This document shows, one piece after another, positions 13,344 to 26,052 of a stretch of DNA of 64,000 nucleotides. Source of the DNA: Vicugna vicugna. Its lineage: Eukaryota. The translations under genes were made by a program, and so were the position numbers. The stretch spans positions 5,700,792 to 5,764,791 of the forward strand of contig MU058384.1 of NCBI GenBank assembly GCA_013265495.1, in the 5' to 3' direction. Every line of letters begins with the position of its first letter. The stretch's first letter is position 1. The notes under the pieces were generated by a model. The model made no database searches. It was not told where the DNA came from and saw only the letters and a program-made list of their open reading frames with translations.

Positions 13344-16033
13344 GTATTATTGGAAAAATACACTCTGGCCCTGTGATGTACAGGAAGCATTCTGCAGTAA
13401 AGTCCTGCACCAAGGCCAGGTTTGGGGGAAATTTTTGGTTTTGCTTGTTTGTTTCTTTATACCTAGTTCCACACTTGAATATACTTCATAATCACTTTTT
13501 TAATAATACAAGTTCCCTTAGTTTCTCTTCTGTTTCAGTATCTTAAGTACATATGCCATCAGGTGCAGCTTGATGAATTGTGAAATATATTCAAGTGTTG
13601 GAAGAACAAAGCAATGAGTCTCCTTCCTGGAGGGGGAGACAGAGGAATAGGATAAAGTGGGCAAATACACTGGTCCAAGTCTCTCTTCCAGGGGAAGAAA
13701 AGGATTAAAAAACCTAAGGTGAGTCGTATTCAGAATCCTGGGTGGAGGGCAGATGTGACTTGTGCCATCATCCCAGAGTATAAATCTAATCAGATCAGAG
13801 GGATGCCACTTTTGGAGATCAGAGAATATGCTTCACGTTGTATAATTAAACATGACACTCAGATCAAGGATAGGGTAAGCTCTGCTAGGAAATGGAAGAC
13901 ATCTTTTCATTCTTTTTCACAAACACATTGAGCCATGAGGCCTAATTACATGAAGTAAAGACACTAGAGATGAGAAGGGAAGGTTAAACAAAAAAGCAAA
14001 ATAATTAAGAGAATGATACCAGAGCTTTCACCTTCTCTGATTAAATAGGGTCCAATTAAATGGAGAACAGTGGTGATAGCTAATATTTGTATTAGGCCTC
14101 ATGGTTTTACAGGGTGTGTTCACAAAAATCCAGCTTAGTGTTTGGGCCACACCTGTGACATGGGAGGGGCAGCCCATCCTCACTGTCCCCTTGGGAGAGA
14201 TGAGATCAGACGCTGAAGGAGGTGACCTGACATTCAAAGCTCACGACCAGAGGACTCCAGGGCTGGGAGGAAGACAGAGAGCCTGCGCGCTCAGGTCTGT
14301 ATCACTCTTCCCCGGAGGAAGAAGCTCTCCTTTGAGAAGCAGCATGAGCTAAATTGGTGCTTTAATCTTTTCTTCATAAAAGAGAGAGGCTGTGCCTATT
14401 AGCAGAAGCAGGAAGGATTGAAGAGGAGAGTGAAAAACACTCGACTGCCTTTTGTTCAAAGTCCAGGTTTATGGTCTAAGCGTATTACCAATTTCATCTG
14501 TCAAAAAAAACTGTTCTGTCTTGTTTTATGTCTTTTGAAGAAAGATGAAGAAACATGAAAGTGAATTGGACTATTAATGGCATCATTGTGGTCCCTGAGT
14601 AGTACAATCACAAAACAAACAAGTGTCTACTGGCTAATACTGCCATTAAGACCTACAGGGCGTATGCTGTGAAGAAGCTATGTAGAACCAGACATTACAA
14701 TTCAAAAATAAATGATCCTTATATCTGAAATTATATTATTTGAAGGTAGACACTGGAAAGTTTAAGATGTGTTGTGTAAATCTTAGAGTAATTGAAAAAT
14801 AAAACAAGCATATAGGTAATAAACACCCCCCCCAAAAAAATTCTTAAAGTTCTGTAAGGAGAATGGAATGAGAGGGAAGTCTGTACAGGCCAGGTCCAGA
14901 AAATGACGCTCAGGTACCTCTCGGAGCAGGAGAAATTATGCTACAAGACAAGCGAATGCAGAACATGTACAGCAATAGCAACAGGAAAGCTTCAGATCTA
15001 CTCATCTTAAAAACTTTTTTAAAAAATTATCTTTGTGTCATCAGTAGGGTTACAAAGAGATAGGGTTCCTTCTGTAGCATCTCACCTAATGAAGACCCTC
15101 CCTAATAGTCAATTCCTAGACTAAGCTCTACGTCTAAGGATTTGGTGGAGGGAGGTAGCTGTTCAATTTCTGAGACATGGGTATTAAAATCTCTACCTGT
15201 GGTGGGAGAATTATCTTTTACTTTTTAAAATTTAATTTTTGCTTCAAATATTTTGAAGCTCTGATATTAAGCACACACAGTCTTATCATTGTTATAACTT
15301 CTGATGACTTGGTAGTGTTCCTCTATCTCTGGCACAAGTCTTGGTTTGAAGTCTTTTTCTCCGATATTAAGATAGCCAGGCCAGTCTTCTGATGCCACTC
15401 TTCACATGGTGTATCTTTTCTATCCATTTACTTTCAATCCATCTGTGTCTTATAGTTAAAGTGCTTCTCTTATCTACCTCATATAGTCAGATTTTCCTTT
15501 TAAAGACTATCTGACGATCTCTGCTTCTGCTTGGAATGTCGAGACCACTTACACTCAATGTACTTGTTAGATCAAACTTGGGATTCGTTTTCCTCATGTC
15601 CTTTCTCTTCATTTGCTCTTCTTCCTTTTATGACTTCTCTAGAATTATTTGAATATTTTTTAGGACTCAGTATTTATTTGTCTGTTGACTTAGCAGAGGC
15701 TCTAGGAATTACAAAAAGTATGTAAGTTTTCACAGACCATTGTAAAACCTTGAAACAGTTTCTCCTCCCATCCTTTATACTTATGAAATTAAACCTCAGT
15801 ATAAACTATTTAAAGGAAAATCATCTTTTGTATTTTCCAAGATGTTTATCATTTCTGATGTTCTACGTTTATTCTTGAACGTGAACTTTTCCTCAAGAAT
15901 AATTCCATTTAGCCTGGGAAAACTTCATTTATCATTTTTTATGATGTAGTAATTCTCTGGCATTGATGTCTCAATCAATCCACTCTGAGTGGATGCCTTT
16001 TTTTTTTCTTTTTTAATTACTTCAAAGATGTTA

Positions 16034-16408
16034 GGGAATGAGGGGAGCATCTCAGTGGTAGGTGCACATGCTTAGCAGGCACCAGGTCCTGGGTTTAATC
16101 CCCGGTACCTCCATTAAATAAAAAAAAAAAGAAGAAGAAAAAGAAGAAGAAAGAAGAAGAAGGAAGAAGAAGAAGAAGAAGAAGAAGAAGAAGAAGAAGA
16201 AGAAGAAGAAGAAGAAGAAGAAGAAGAAGAAGAAGAAGAAGAAGAAGAAGAAGAAGAAGAAGAAGAAGAAGAGGAGGAAGGAGAAGGAGATTAATCCCCG
16301 GTACCTCCATTAAATTAAAAAAAAAAGAAGAAGAAAAAGAAGAAGAAGAAGAAGAAGAAGAAGGAGAAGGAGAAGAAGAAGGAGAAGGAGAAGGAGAAGG
16401 AGAAGGAG
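16034..16408 (+). mobile_element. Vic-1-type SINE with duplicated 3' end and (GAA)n/(GGAGAA)n tails
   Basis: ctcagtggtag...gggtttaatccccggtacctcc; TSD aagatgtt 16025..16032 / 16409..16416. Confidence 0.85.
16163..16270 (+). repeat. (GAA)36 pure microsatellite
   Basis: 108 nt of uninterrupted GAA. Confidence 0.95.
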
Positions 16409-18703
16409 AAGATGTTTGTTCATGGTCTTCTGGCCTCTACAGTTTCTAATGAGAACCTAGTGATATTTAAATTATTGCTACCCTGAATGTAATGTGTTGT
16501 CTTTCAATGGCTGCTTAAATTTTTTTAACCTTTGTTTTTTATCAGTTTTGTGTCTAGACTAGAATCAATGTTCTTTTAGATATAGACTCCCTAGGTTTGG
16601 GAAGTTAAACATCCTTCTAGTCTATTAGTAGTTTTCTTAGAATTTGAATCTGAGGAACGCAACTGTTTCTATTGTGGTTTCTATACTGCAGCGTGCCCTT
16701 TCTTCCTCAGGACATCAGCATTCTAACTAAAATTTTTCTGCTTTCAATTCTGTCAAGTGTAAACACAAGCTAAAGCAACTCCACAGCCACCTTCTGCAAC
16801 ATGCAAATTTATGAGCCTGCAAATAGAGTCTTTACAAAGGCACAGTATGAATTTTATTATGGTAACTTTTATCAATCCCTGAAATTATTGTGATGAAATG
16901 ATTCCATCAATTCCTACAGAAAATATATTTCAGTGAATGGAATACTTCCATTCAAAGCCAACAATCATCAGAGAGTGTTTTACTTATTCTAACGTATAGC
17001 CTCTTGATACAGAGTTTAAGTAGAGTTGACAATTAGAGGTAGCTATTTCAGACTGCTTACTAGAAATCAAAGGTAAATTTTAAAGTATTTTGCTTTGAAG
17101 TGGAGAATTGCTGAGGGTTGGCTCACCCTGAAATCCAATGATTTTCCTGGATTTTCATACTCATTATCTTTTTGCTTAACTACCAGAGATGGGACTGGCA
17201 AACTCAGTTGCCATATGCAGATATGGTAGTTGGAGAGACAAAAGTAATTTTTTAAAAGCTTTTTTTAACACATAATGGAAAAGTAGCATATGTTCATCCT
17301 AGGAAAGAAATGGAAAATTAATCACCCATAATCCTACCACCCATACTTTTTTTAACTGGACTTGAGTCTCGTGCATTCCCAGCATTTGTTCTGATGACAA
17401 GTAAACAGGCTGCCCAAGTTTAGGCTTTTTCCTATTATCTTTGTTTTTAGACTTTGAAACCTGAGTTGTTTGTTTTTTGCACACCTTTGTTTTTCAATTG
17501 CTTGTCCTGCAGTAGCCGGTAACATCCTCTTAAATGAGAATTTCAAGGTAGAATGAGTTTCCCCACACTTTCAGAATGTGTATTTTTCCAAATACTATTA
17601 TTGGTGACACAGATAATGGTCTTTACTTAGATAAAGTCAGATAACAAACTAGTTAAACAATAAGATTTCTTTTGCAAGAGCCATGGTGTTAACTGGACAC
17701 CTGTTTTGCCAGGTAGGAAAATGTAATTCCTTGATGCTCTCCCTGGGCTTTTACTTGAAGTCACCTTTTAACAAAATGCAGTTCTACCCTTGGAATTTTC
17801 AAACTGTCCGGATTTCTTTCAAATGAAAATTAAAGATCAAGATTCATTATTGTGCAAATTTTTCCCAGAGGGAAAATTTAATTTTCCCTTATAATTCAGG
17901 ATTATGCATTATTTCTTTATAATTTTTAATCATTCACCACATTTTAAAATTTAGCCCAAATTCCTGGGGTAAAATGATATATTCATATTTATTCAAAAGC
18001 AGTAAGAATTTATGTATCAAATGTAGAAACGAAATGATTCATAGTTTGAAAACATATGGACTGCAGAAATATTTCAGTATTTCAGAAAATACATAAAATT
18101 AGATCACTGAATTAATATAAGGAGAGGAAGAACTTTCATATAGTTTTTTTTAATGAAGAAAACATAATTTCTAGTTTTTTTCTTAAAAAGCAAAACACTG
18201 TCATAGTTGATATCTAAAAAACAGTTGCTTCATCCCTCAAAATATGGCATTATCTAACAAAAAAAAATGTGATAAGAGTTAAACACAGTCTGCTTACACA
18301 GAAATTTTCCATCTGACGCTTGTTGGCCAGTGCAGACTTTGCCTCTTGCTATTATAGATAAACCTGTTTAGTAAAAATCTATGCACACATGAAGATCTCT
18401 TAAGTGGACTGACCTCATTTACTCAGATCCTAACTTAAAAAAGTAGCTATCTCTGTAATAAAGTCACCTTGCCCACAGGAGGAATTCCCAGCATCACAGA
18501 GTGCCACCAACGGGAGCCGAGATGGAGCTAGGCTTTGGAAAGGTCAGGGCACAGTCACAAGAACCCTGCACCCTGGTCTGCTTCTGACTTCCCTACTTCT
18601 GCCAACTCCAACTTTTCAAAATCAAACTTGGTATTTATTCCCTCTACATTAGATCAGGAAGCCACAACCATCCTCAGATTCCCGAACCACATCTCTTTCA
18701 ACC

Positions 18704-18739
18704 GTTTCCGTAGTGTAGCGGTTATCACATTCGCCTCAC
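18704..18739 (+). pseudogene. 3'-truncated tRNA-Val(CAC) retropseudogene (5' half, tail-less)
   Basis: GTTTCCGTAGTGTAGCGGTTATCACATTCGCCTCAC corresponds to nt 1-36 of tRNA-Val(CAC); flanked by direct repeats catctctttcaacc (18690..18703) and catctctttcagcc (18741..18754); no B-box, no poly(A). Confidence 0.88.
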
Positions 18740-18854
18740 CCATCTCTTTCAGCCGACTGGACTCACCTCAGTCCTGACTAGCGGGCCACCTGGCCACGTT
18801 TGCCAGCTAGCCATGCGAGGAGCAGCAGGAAACCGCCCCACACGGCACATTCTG

Positions 18855-19090
18855 CTGTGGTTAGTGCTGTGAGCGCTTGAGTCAGGCTCCCCGAGTTTGC
18901 CAAGTTCTCTGTTTATTACCTGCGTGATTTTGGACAAATGATTTCACCCTTCTGTGCGTCCATTTCTTTTACCTGCAAAAATGGAATTTTATAATAGATC
19001 ATAGAGTTTGGTGAGGGTTAAAGAGCTAATGCAGGTAAAGGTACTTACTATATCTAATGTATAGTTAGTGGCCAGTTAATGTTAGCTCTT
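18855..19090 (+). mobile_element. MIR SINE
   Basis: ttattacctgcgtgattttggacaaatgatttcacccttctgtg...ctgcaaaaatgg. Confidence 0.75.
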
Positions 19091-20699
19091 ACTTAAAGAC
19101 TTATGTCATTTATACAAACGTGAACACAGAGCCTCTGCCTTGTATAGGATTTACAAACCATGCGTTGAAAGAATACATTTTACTGTTACTATTTCATCCT
19201 TTTCTGAACCTATAGCTTGTTAGGGTTTTGGGGGTTTTTTTTGTTTGTTTCCCTTGAACCATGAAGCTTGTCATTCTCTGCCTGTCTTCTGTTATCTGGG
19301 TCCCCATACACAGGACTGATAAGCTTCTTGAAAATAAACATATGGCTGGACATGAAACCCTTGAACTGGAAAGAATCTTAGACATTGCCTAGCCATTTAG
19401 ATAAAATATCGCCTTCTTAAGCAAGGATCCGTAAAGCCAAAAAAAAAAAGAAAAAAACTTAGTTTTGCATGACCTTAACCATTTACAATGGTAGAAGGTT
19501 CCCAGTTCAAGGGCAGATTGTTTATTCCTGTAAGTAGCAAAATGTCATTTCAAAACTGTTCTGTTTAAAGATACGTAGACTCATGCTCATCTAGCATTTA
19601 AGTTACGTTTGGCAGCAGAATTTTATCAAATCCTCTCCGCATGATGGTCCTGCTGCCTAGTGTGTGAATGTGTGAATGTGTGAATGTATGACTATAGACT
19701 CAGCACACAGAAGCCCCCTCCCTCTCCCTCGGGCTGTGTCAATGAAGAGTTTAGCTTTCTGAAGTTTTACAATGGGAGCAAATTCTGTTTCTCCCTTTGT
19801 TAAACTCACAGTTTTCTCTTCCTCTTAGTTATGACTGAAATTACTTGTTATTTCTGACGTTTAACTCAAGGCTAAACCAACAATGTTTCACAATGGCTGA
19901 TTTTTTCTGATACCACAGTATTCTTTTTAAATATTTTCACAGTATTTCCTTCTGCCCATTTTATCCAGATCATTCATTTCATGTCTGACATTGTTGATTT
20001 CCATAGTATTAAAAGACATTTTAGCACAACTGAAATGGTACCAGGAAATTCTCTCACTTAAAAAATGCAAAGAAAATAGATTAAATTCAACTTCACAATT
20101 TTAGAAGTTATTTTTCTCCTATTTTAATGAATCTTTTCTTGTTTTATTTGTTTATATCAGACTATTATGACAACAGATTTTTTAAAAATCTAGTAGATTT
20201 TAGTTACAGTTAACGTTAAAATGCCCAAATGTATTTTATTATTTTAAACATGTTGAAATATTCAGCTTTTGACAGCCTTCTTTTGGCCCAAGAAAAGTGT
20301 CCCATAATACAGAATACATAATACATTCAGACAATAATTCAGGAGGTTATATGTATATCCTAGGAAAAATAAATGAAAAAAGGCTTTTGGATTGTAGCTT
20401 TAATAACAAAAATAGTTAATCTGGTCAAATATAAACACCGTTTTCAAAATTTGAAGAAAAATTATTTTACAACTTTAAAATTGTAATGTAATAAGGAGAA
20501 TAGACCAATGACAGGTCTAATAAAACAGGCGTTCCCAAGGATGAAATGGCCCACAGAGAGCAGTGGGTGCAAGACAGAAAGTGAAAGGTTAGGAGTGGAC
20601 GTGGGGGAATGCATGGTGCGGGGGGGCCATAGGGAGATGGAGGTTTGTATAAACCCAGAATGCTCAGAGATGAGAACAGAATTAAAATTTAGAGTGCAG

Positions 20700-20930
20700 G
20701 AAGGATAATTTGGGGTTTGAGATTAGCAGATATAAATTACTCTATACAGAACAGATAAATAACAAGGTCCTACTGTAGAGCACAGGGAACTATATTCAAC
20801 AGCTTGTAATAAATTACAATGAAAAAGAATATATATATATGTAGGTGTGACTGAATATGCGCTACACTAGAAACTAACACAACATTGTAAATCAACTGTA
20901 CTTCAGTAAAAATTAATTAATTAAAAAAAG
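20700..20930 (+). mobile_element. L1 3' UTR fragment (artiodactyl-type)
   Basis: Same family as 10080..10325: aacaaggtcctactgtagagcacagggaactatattca. Confidence 0.85.
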
Positions 20931-21874
20931 AAGGAATCCAGCAAAAAAAAAAAAAATTAGGGCAGGGAGCCCCCAGCAAACTCATTTACAAAATGAGAGT
21001 TGACTGAAGTAGATCAACTCTAAGATTCTTTCTTACTCTGAAACTCTTTCATTCTATGAAGGTGTAAATTGACAATAAAAAGAAAATGCAAAAGGATTTA
21101 GGGGAAAAAATGGGCCCGAGCCCCTGGAATAGACTTAAATGAAGAATGTAACTCTGTGAACCCTGACCCTTCCTCCTCAGAAACACATGGCAATCAGCTC
21201 TTTCCACCCATTAAAATTTTGGCTCTTAGAGGAACATTTTATACAAATAGTTCAGCTGCACTGTTCTTGTAAGGATTAAATTACCTAACACGCTTGAGTT
21301 TTCAACTTGTCCTCCCATACCTAATCTCAGTTGATCTTCCCACTCGCCCTGAGGAATTAAGTAAATGGGTGTTAACCCTGAGGACAGTTAAGGAAGTTAA
21401 GTGCTTTGCCCGAAGCTAAATATTTAGTCATAAATTCTAAAACACAGAACTGGAAGGTCAGATCTGCTGGAAACTCCTCTGGTTCTCCTTCTACAGCTTC
21501 AGAAAGGTAAGAGTGAAGCTTTGTGATCAAAGTAGCTTGAATGTGGACACGCGCATTTGGGGAAGTGGCAGTAAGTAGAGGATGAAATTCAAATCAAGAT
21601 GTGATGTTGCCTTGGGTGGGAGAGCTGGGAAAGGGGGAAATTAAGGCAAATGCAGGGTGTGTTTTACAGAAATGAGATATATTGTATCCCCTTCTGCCCA
21701 GCACTCTTCTAGTTTCTATGGACAAGAAAGAATCAGTTTTCTCTTTCAAAAGCTTAGACAAACTGGACAGATACAGGTAAACTATGAATAAAATAGTGTA
21801 AAGACAAGTTAAAATCATGGCAGCTGCCTACAGACATGTGAAAGATCGGTCTTTAAAACAGATCAGGAGGCAGA

Positions 21875-22122
21875 CAATGTTTTACTAGTTAAAAGCAGAG
21901 CTTTTGGTATCAGAAGAAAACCTAAATTTGCATTCTGGTTTTGCCATTACTAGCTATGTCGCTTCACACAACTAATGTTTATCTCTTTAAGTGACAGATC
22001 TTAAGAACGTATAAAGGGATTTTTCCATAACGTCATTATGAGGATTGAATTGAGAAACTGCACAAACAGCACTAAAGCATAGTGGCTGGCACTTAGTAAA
22101 ATCAAGCAGTGTTAGCTATTAT
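21875..22122 (+). mobile_element. MIR SINE
   Basis: ttctggttttgccattactagctatgt...gcatagtggctggcacttagtaa. Confidence 0.65.
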
Positions 22123-22949
22123 AATAGATACACTAAACTACGGAAGTTAGAGAGAGGAACGTATCATTGTGTCCTTAGCATCACCAAAGTGCCTGGCTTT
22201 AAAACATACAGAAGAGCTCTTCCTTAAAAATCTTTCATGAGGCTGTTTGAATATAAGCTAAGAAAAAACTTTACCAATTAATGCTAGTTGACAATGGTAG
22301 AGATAGCTTTGGAAGCAGAGGTGACTCCAGTGAAAAATGAAAGAGAAAGCTCAATAGATGGATATCAGGAACATTGTAGGAAGGCTGATAGTCCCTAAGG
22401 TCCTTTTAACACCAACAGAATCTGTTCACAATTCTATGAATAGCATGAAATAAGGCTGGCAGTGCTGTTCAAATGAAAACCCCAACTTTCATATCTATAC
22501 ACACACAATGGTTTCAAACTTGAAAACAAAGAGAAAAAGAACATTTAGTGTGCTGGCTCTGAACTGTCCTCCTGTCCCCCATACACATGACACATGAATA
22601 GAGTAGAACTAAGGTGAGCAGAGCGGTTGGGTTATTTTGGGAAATGGCAGTGGGTCTACAGTGGTCCAGCCACATGCCTTCACCTGGTCCCTTTGTGGGA
22701 TAAATTATCAGGAAGCAGTCTGTGAAAATCTGAAAGAATTGCTCCGTGAGAGAAAATAATTGGCTCTTATGTGGAGGATAAGATGTTAGATCCAGCAGTA
22801 CCGTGTTCTAACAAGCCTACTTGTGTTAGACACTTTTACTAGTATTCTCAGAAGTGCTCCAGCTACGGCTAGTGTATTTGTTCCTCTTTGACCTCTTTAT
22901 GTAAATGTACTTTCTAATATTTTTAAATATTTTAAAATTTAATATGAAT

Positions 22950-23125
22950 GTGGTATGTAATGCATATTATATATACTGTGTGTATATTACATGATATACA
23001 CAGTGTATATGTGTAATGTGTAATATTACTTGTGTAATATGTGTAATATTGTGTAATGTGTGTAATATTCCTTCTAATCTTGTGTAATGTTTAATGTGTG
23101 TAATATTACTTCTAATCTTCTGTAA
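22950..23125. repeat. Degenerate GTGTAAT-based tandem repeat
   Basis: Repeated gtgtaat; a ~38-nt higher-order unit appears twice. Confidence 0.75.
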
Positions 23126-25240
23126 CTGTTTTAAGAAAAGAAATGGAAAAAGAAAGTAGCCCTGGGGGAATCTTAAAAGGTCCCTGTTAACCTTACAAAA
23201 ACCGATGATCTTAAATGAAATGGAAGTCCTAAGAAAAGTACATGGGAAATGGAAAGAGCTAGGAAGAAGGAGGCAGAGGAAAGTAGCAAGTGGGGCTTAG
23301 ACAGAAACTGGGTACCTTGGGCTCATTTCTGCTCTTTGGTTATCTGTTCCCTTTATAAAAGGAAAAGTCAGAGGCAGTGGTCCATCAGTGATGCTTATAA
23401 GAGCAGCCTGTGGATATAACATCATAGTATTTACAAGGTGGTAAAGAGAAAATGCTTTTACTTTAAAAGGTGAAGTCAAGGCTTATTACACAGAACTTGC
23501 CAAGCTGGATTTATGTTGGTATCTAAAAAGGTGTTTAAACAACATGATTTGAAGAATGAATTTCCAATAGTTCTACCACGATGATCTATGTTTGCGTTCT
23601 AAAGCTCTAGATTTTTAAACAATATTTTATGAATTGTGAAATGGAAGCATTGTAGATACTAATGATAGTAATAGTCTTATCTGTTTGGAATATTCATTTG
23701 CTCTAAATGTGCATAGAGTATGATACAGTTTTAAGCAGAAAGTTTTACAAACAAAGAACATTATAGTAACTTCTTTAAGTGACCGTATTTATTTAGTGTA
23801 GAGAGGGAGGTCTTATTCATGATTCCTTTCTTTTGCTCACATCTGTTTAATTTCTTCTGTGTAATTTTCTTGTGGTCTTTAAAAAAAAGCTTATTTTCAT
23901 TCTTTTAGATGTCATATCTTTTGTGAAGTGGTGATTATGAGACAAAATAGAAAAATAAATAACAGAAATAGTTAATATATCTGAAACTCCTAGTTTAAGC
24001 ATCAGTTTTTTTTTTAATTGACAACTAATCTTGTTAAAGAGTCTGTAATCCCAGTTCAGAAACAAATAGAACTATCAAAAGCGTCTGATGGGATAACCAT
24101 GTGCTCTTACATAACTAGGCTATAACAGCTAATCATGGAAGCTCTGATCATGGATATAATAATAAAAACAAAAATGAATTTACTCATGTTAACTAGTCTA
24201 GGATAAACGTCTTCCACAGAAATGTGTCACCTGAGCGAAAGATTGAGGCTTTGAATATTCATCTTAGGGTTTTAAAGGTGAGAAATAAAGATACGTAAGA
24301 GAAATTATGGTGGGCCCTGCAGAGAGATTTATTCATCAAATCCATCCAATGTTTACTGAACATCAATTATAAGCAAGGCATATGTTCAAAGTGAGGAAAG
24401 ACACTTGCACAAAATAACCCTTCTCTTTAATGTCTCAAATTACTAAAAAGGTGTAAATATATGCATAGATTCCTAAAATCCCTGCTCAGCTGAAGGAGTC
24501 GTTGCTAGTGGTGATGAGACCAACGAGGTTATTGGTGGTCTTCAGAGTTGGGGATGAGCTTCAAAACTTCAAGAAAAACTGGGGTGAAGATGGGGTTCCT
24601 GCTCTATCTCCTGAAATTCTAGGAGTAGCCAATTACAGAGGCTCAATCAACACCTCCCCGAGTAACAGATGTCAAGAAGTCATGTTTTTTCAAGGCCTTT
24701 TTAGGCATCAGAAAGCCTAAGCTGCCTGACATGTGGGGTGGTTGGCTCCTTCCCACTGCCAAGTTGTGATGCGAGCGTGTAAAATATAGGTGACCCTCTG
24801 AATTGCCCACAAAAAATTGTCTAATGCCACGACAATGCTTTCCTTACTTTCACTCAATATTTTTCAATATATGAAGTGGACGGTCCTATGGTGTAGTTGG
24901 AGCATCACATTAATCTTTCTTTGCTTGGTAAACTGATGCAGTACCCAATTTTCATAGGGTTACAAAGAATGTTGTGAATTATTAGAGTGGGAGGACTAGA
25001 GAACAATAGTGCCCAAATATGAAATCTGGCCAGCAATGTTCTAAAAATAATGAAACATGCTCAAATCTACTAAGCACCAAGAAAAAAGCAACTGGAGATG
25101 TAGAATCTCCAGGGAATGAAAATCCAAGGGGTTAGTATCAAGTCTGTGGATTATTGTACTTTCATATCCCTGTGTGAGAGGAAGCTCGTGTGTCATACCC
25201 TCATGTGGTGGATGACACCGCTGGGTTACTGATGTGATCA

Positions 25241-25596
25241 CAGAAGTGGACAGCTGCAATACCACAGCCCCTTTCTGGGACATAGCTGGAGGCCACCAGT
25301 GAGGGAGAATCCTCTCTGTGGGCAGAATTTAAAAGCAGTGCACCTGGTTGTTCAATTTACTTGTAAGGAGAACTGGCCAGACGTGTGATTATAATACCAA
25401 TTAATGGACAAGAAGAACAGTAAACATCTGACAAGGACTTTGCATCCTCTTCTAGGGAAGGGTTAGTAGGTTTTTGTTGGTCTGCAGGATAGTTGTATCA
25501 TGTTAGATAGAAATATGACCTTGTCACTGTCCTTTCATGGAGATGAAGTGTGATTTAAGGAGATGCATTTGGGTCCAAATTGTCAAAGGGTGGGCT
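25241..25596 (+). mobile_element. ERV-L internal remnant (pol RNase H fragment plus 3' internal end/PPT)
   Basis: Translates QKWTAAIPQPLSGT*LEATSEGESSLWAEF/AVHLVVQFTCKENWPDV*, matching recalled ERV-L Pol; ends aaagggtgggct immediately before the LTR. Confidence 0.8.
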
Positions 25597-26052
25597 TGTG
25601 ATCGTTCATTTTATTCATCAATTTGGCTGGGCCATAGTCCCCAGATATTTGGTCAAACAGTATTCTAGATGTTTCTGTGAGAGTGTTTTTTGTGGGAGAT
25701 TAGCATTTACATAAGTGGGCTTTGAGTAAAGCAGGTTGTCACTCAGAATCTGGATGGGCCTCATCCAATCAGTTGAAAGCCTTAATAGAGCAAAACCTGA
25801 CCCTCCCCCCACCCCCCGCCCAAGTAAGAAGGAATTCTGCTGCTAGTAAATGGCCTTCAGGCTTGAACTGCAACAGTGCTTCCCTGAGTCTCCAGCCTGC
25901 TGACCACACCACCCTACCCGAGCCCACCCCCCAGATTTTGGACTTGACAGCTTCCATAAGACCATGAACCAGTTACTTAAAATCCCTCTCTCTCTCTCTC
26001 TCCCTCTCAATTCCCTTGCTCTAGAGAACTTTCTCTGGAGGACTAATCCACA
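25597..26052 (+). mobile_element. MLT2-family (ERV-L) LTR
   Basis: TG...CA ends; cccagatatttggtcaaaca, gggcctcatccaatcagttgaa, tttctctggag. Confidence 0.85.

Larger units (their letters stand above)
15170..16550 (-). mobile_element. Old L1M fragments, interrupted by the GAA SINE
   Basis: ttttgcttcaaatattttgaagctctgatattaagcac; atccatttactttcaatcc; ctatctgacgatctctg. Confidence 0.6.

Noticed and set aside
16095..16310. Poly-Leu ORF (also poly-Asn/Tyr/Leu ORFs at 46.3-46.7 kb)
   Set aside because: Translations of microsatellites
17347..17415. Possible very degenerate minus-strand tRNA-derived SINE
   Set aside because: Only atgc..atgcacgag plus a short A-run; no clear A/B boxes or TSD
18690..18754. 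Repeat-spacer-repeat layout resembling a mini CRISPR array
   Set aside because: Only two 14-nt repeats in a mammalian intron with no cas genes; explained as a target-site duplication
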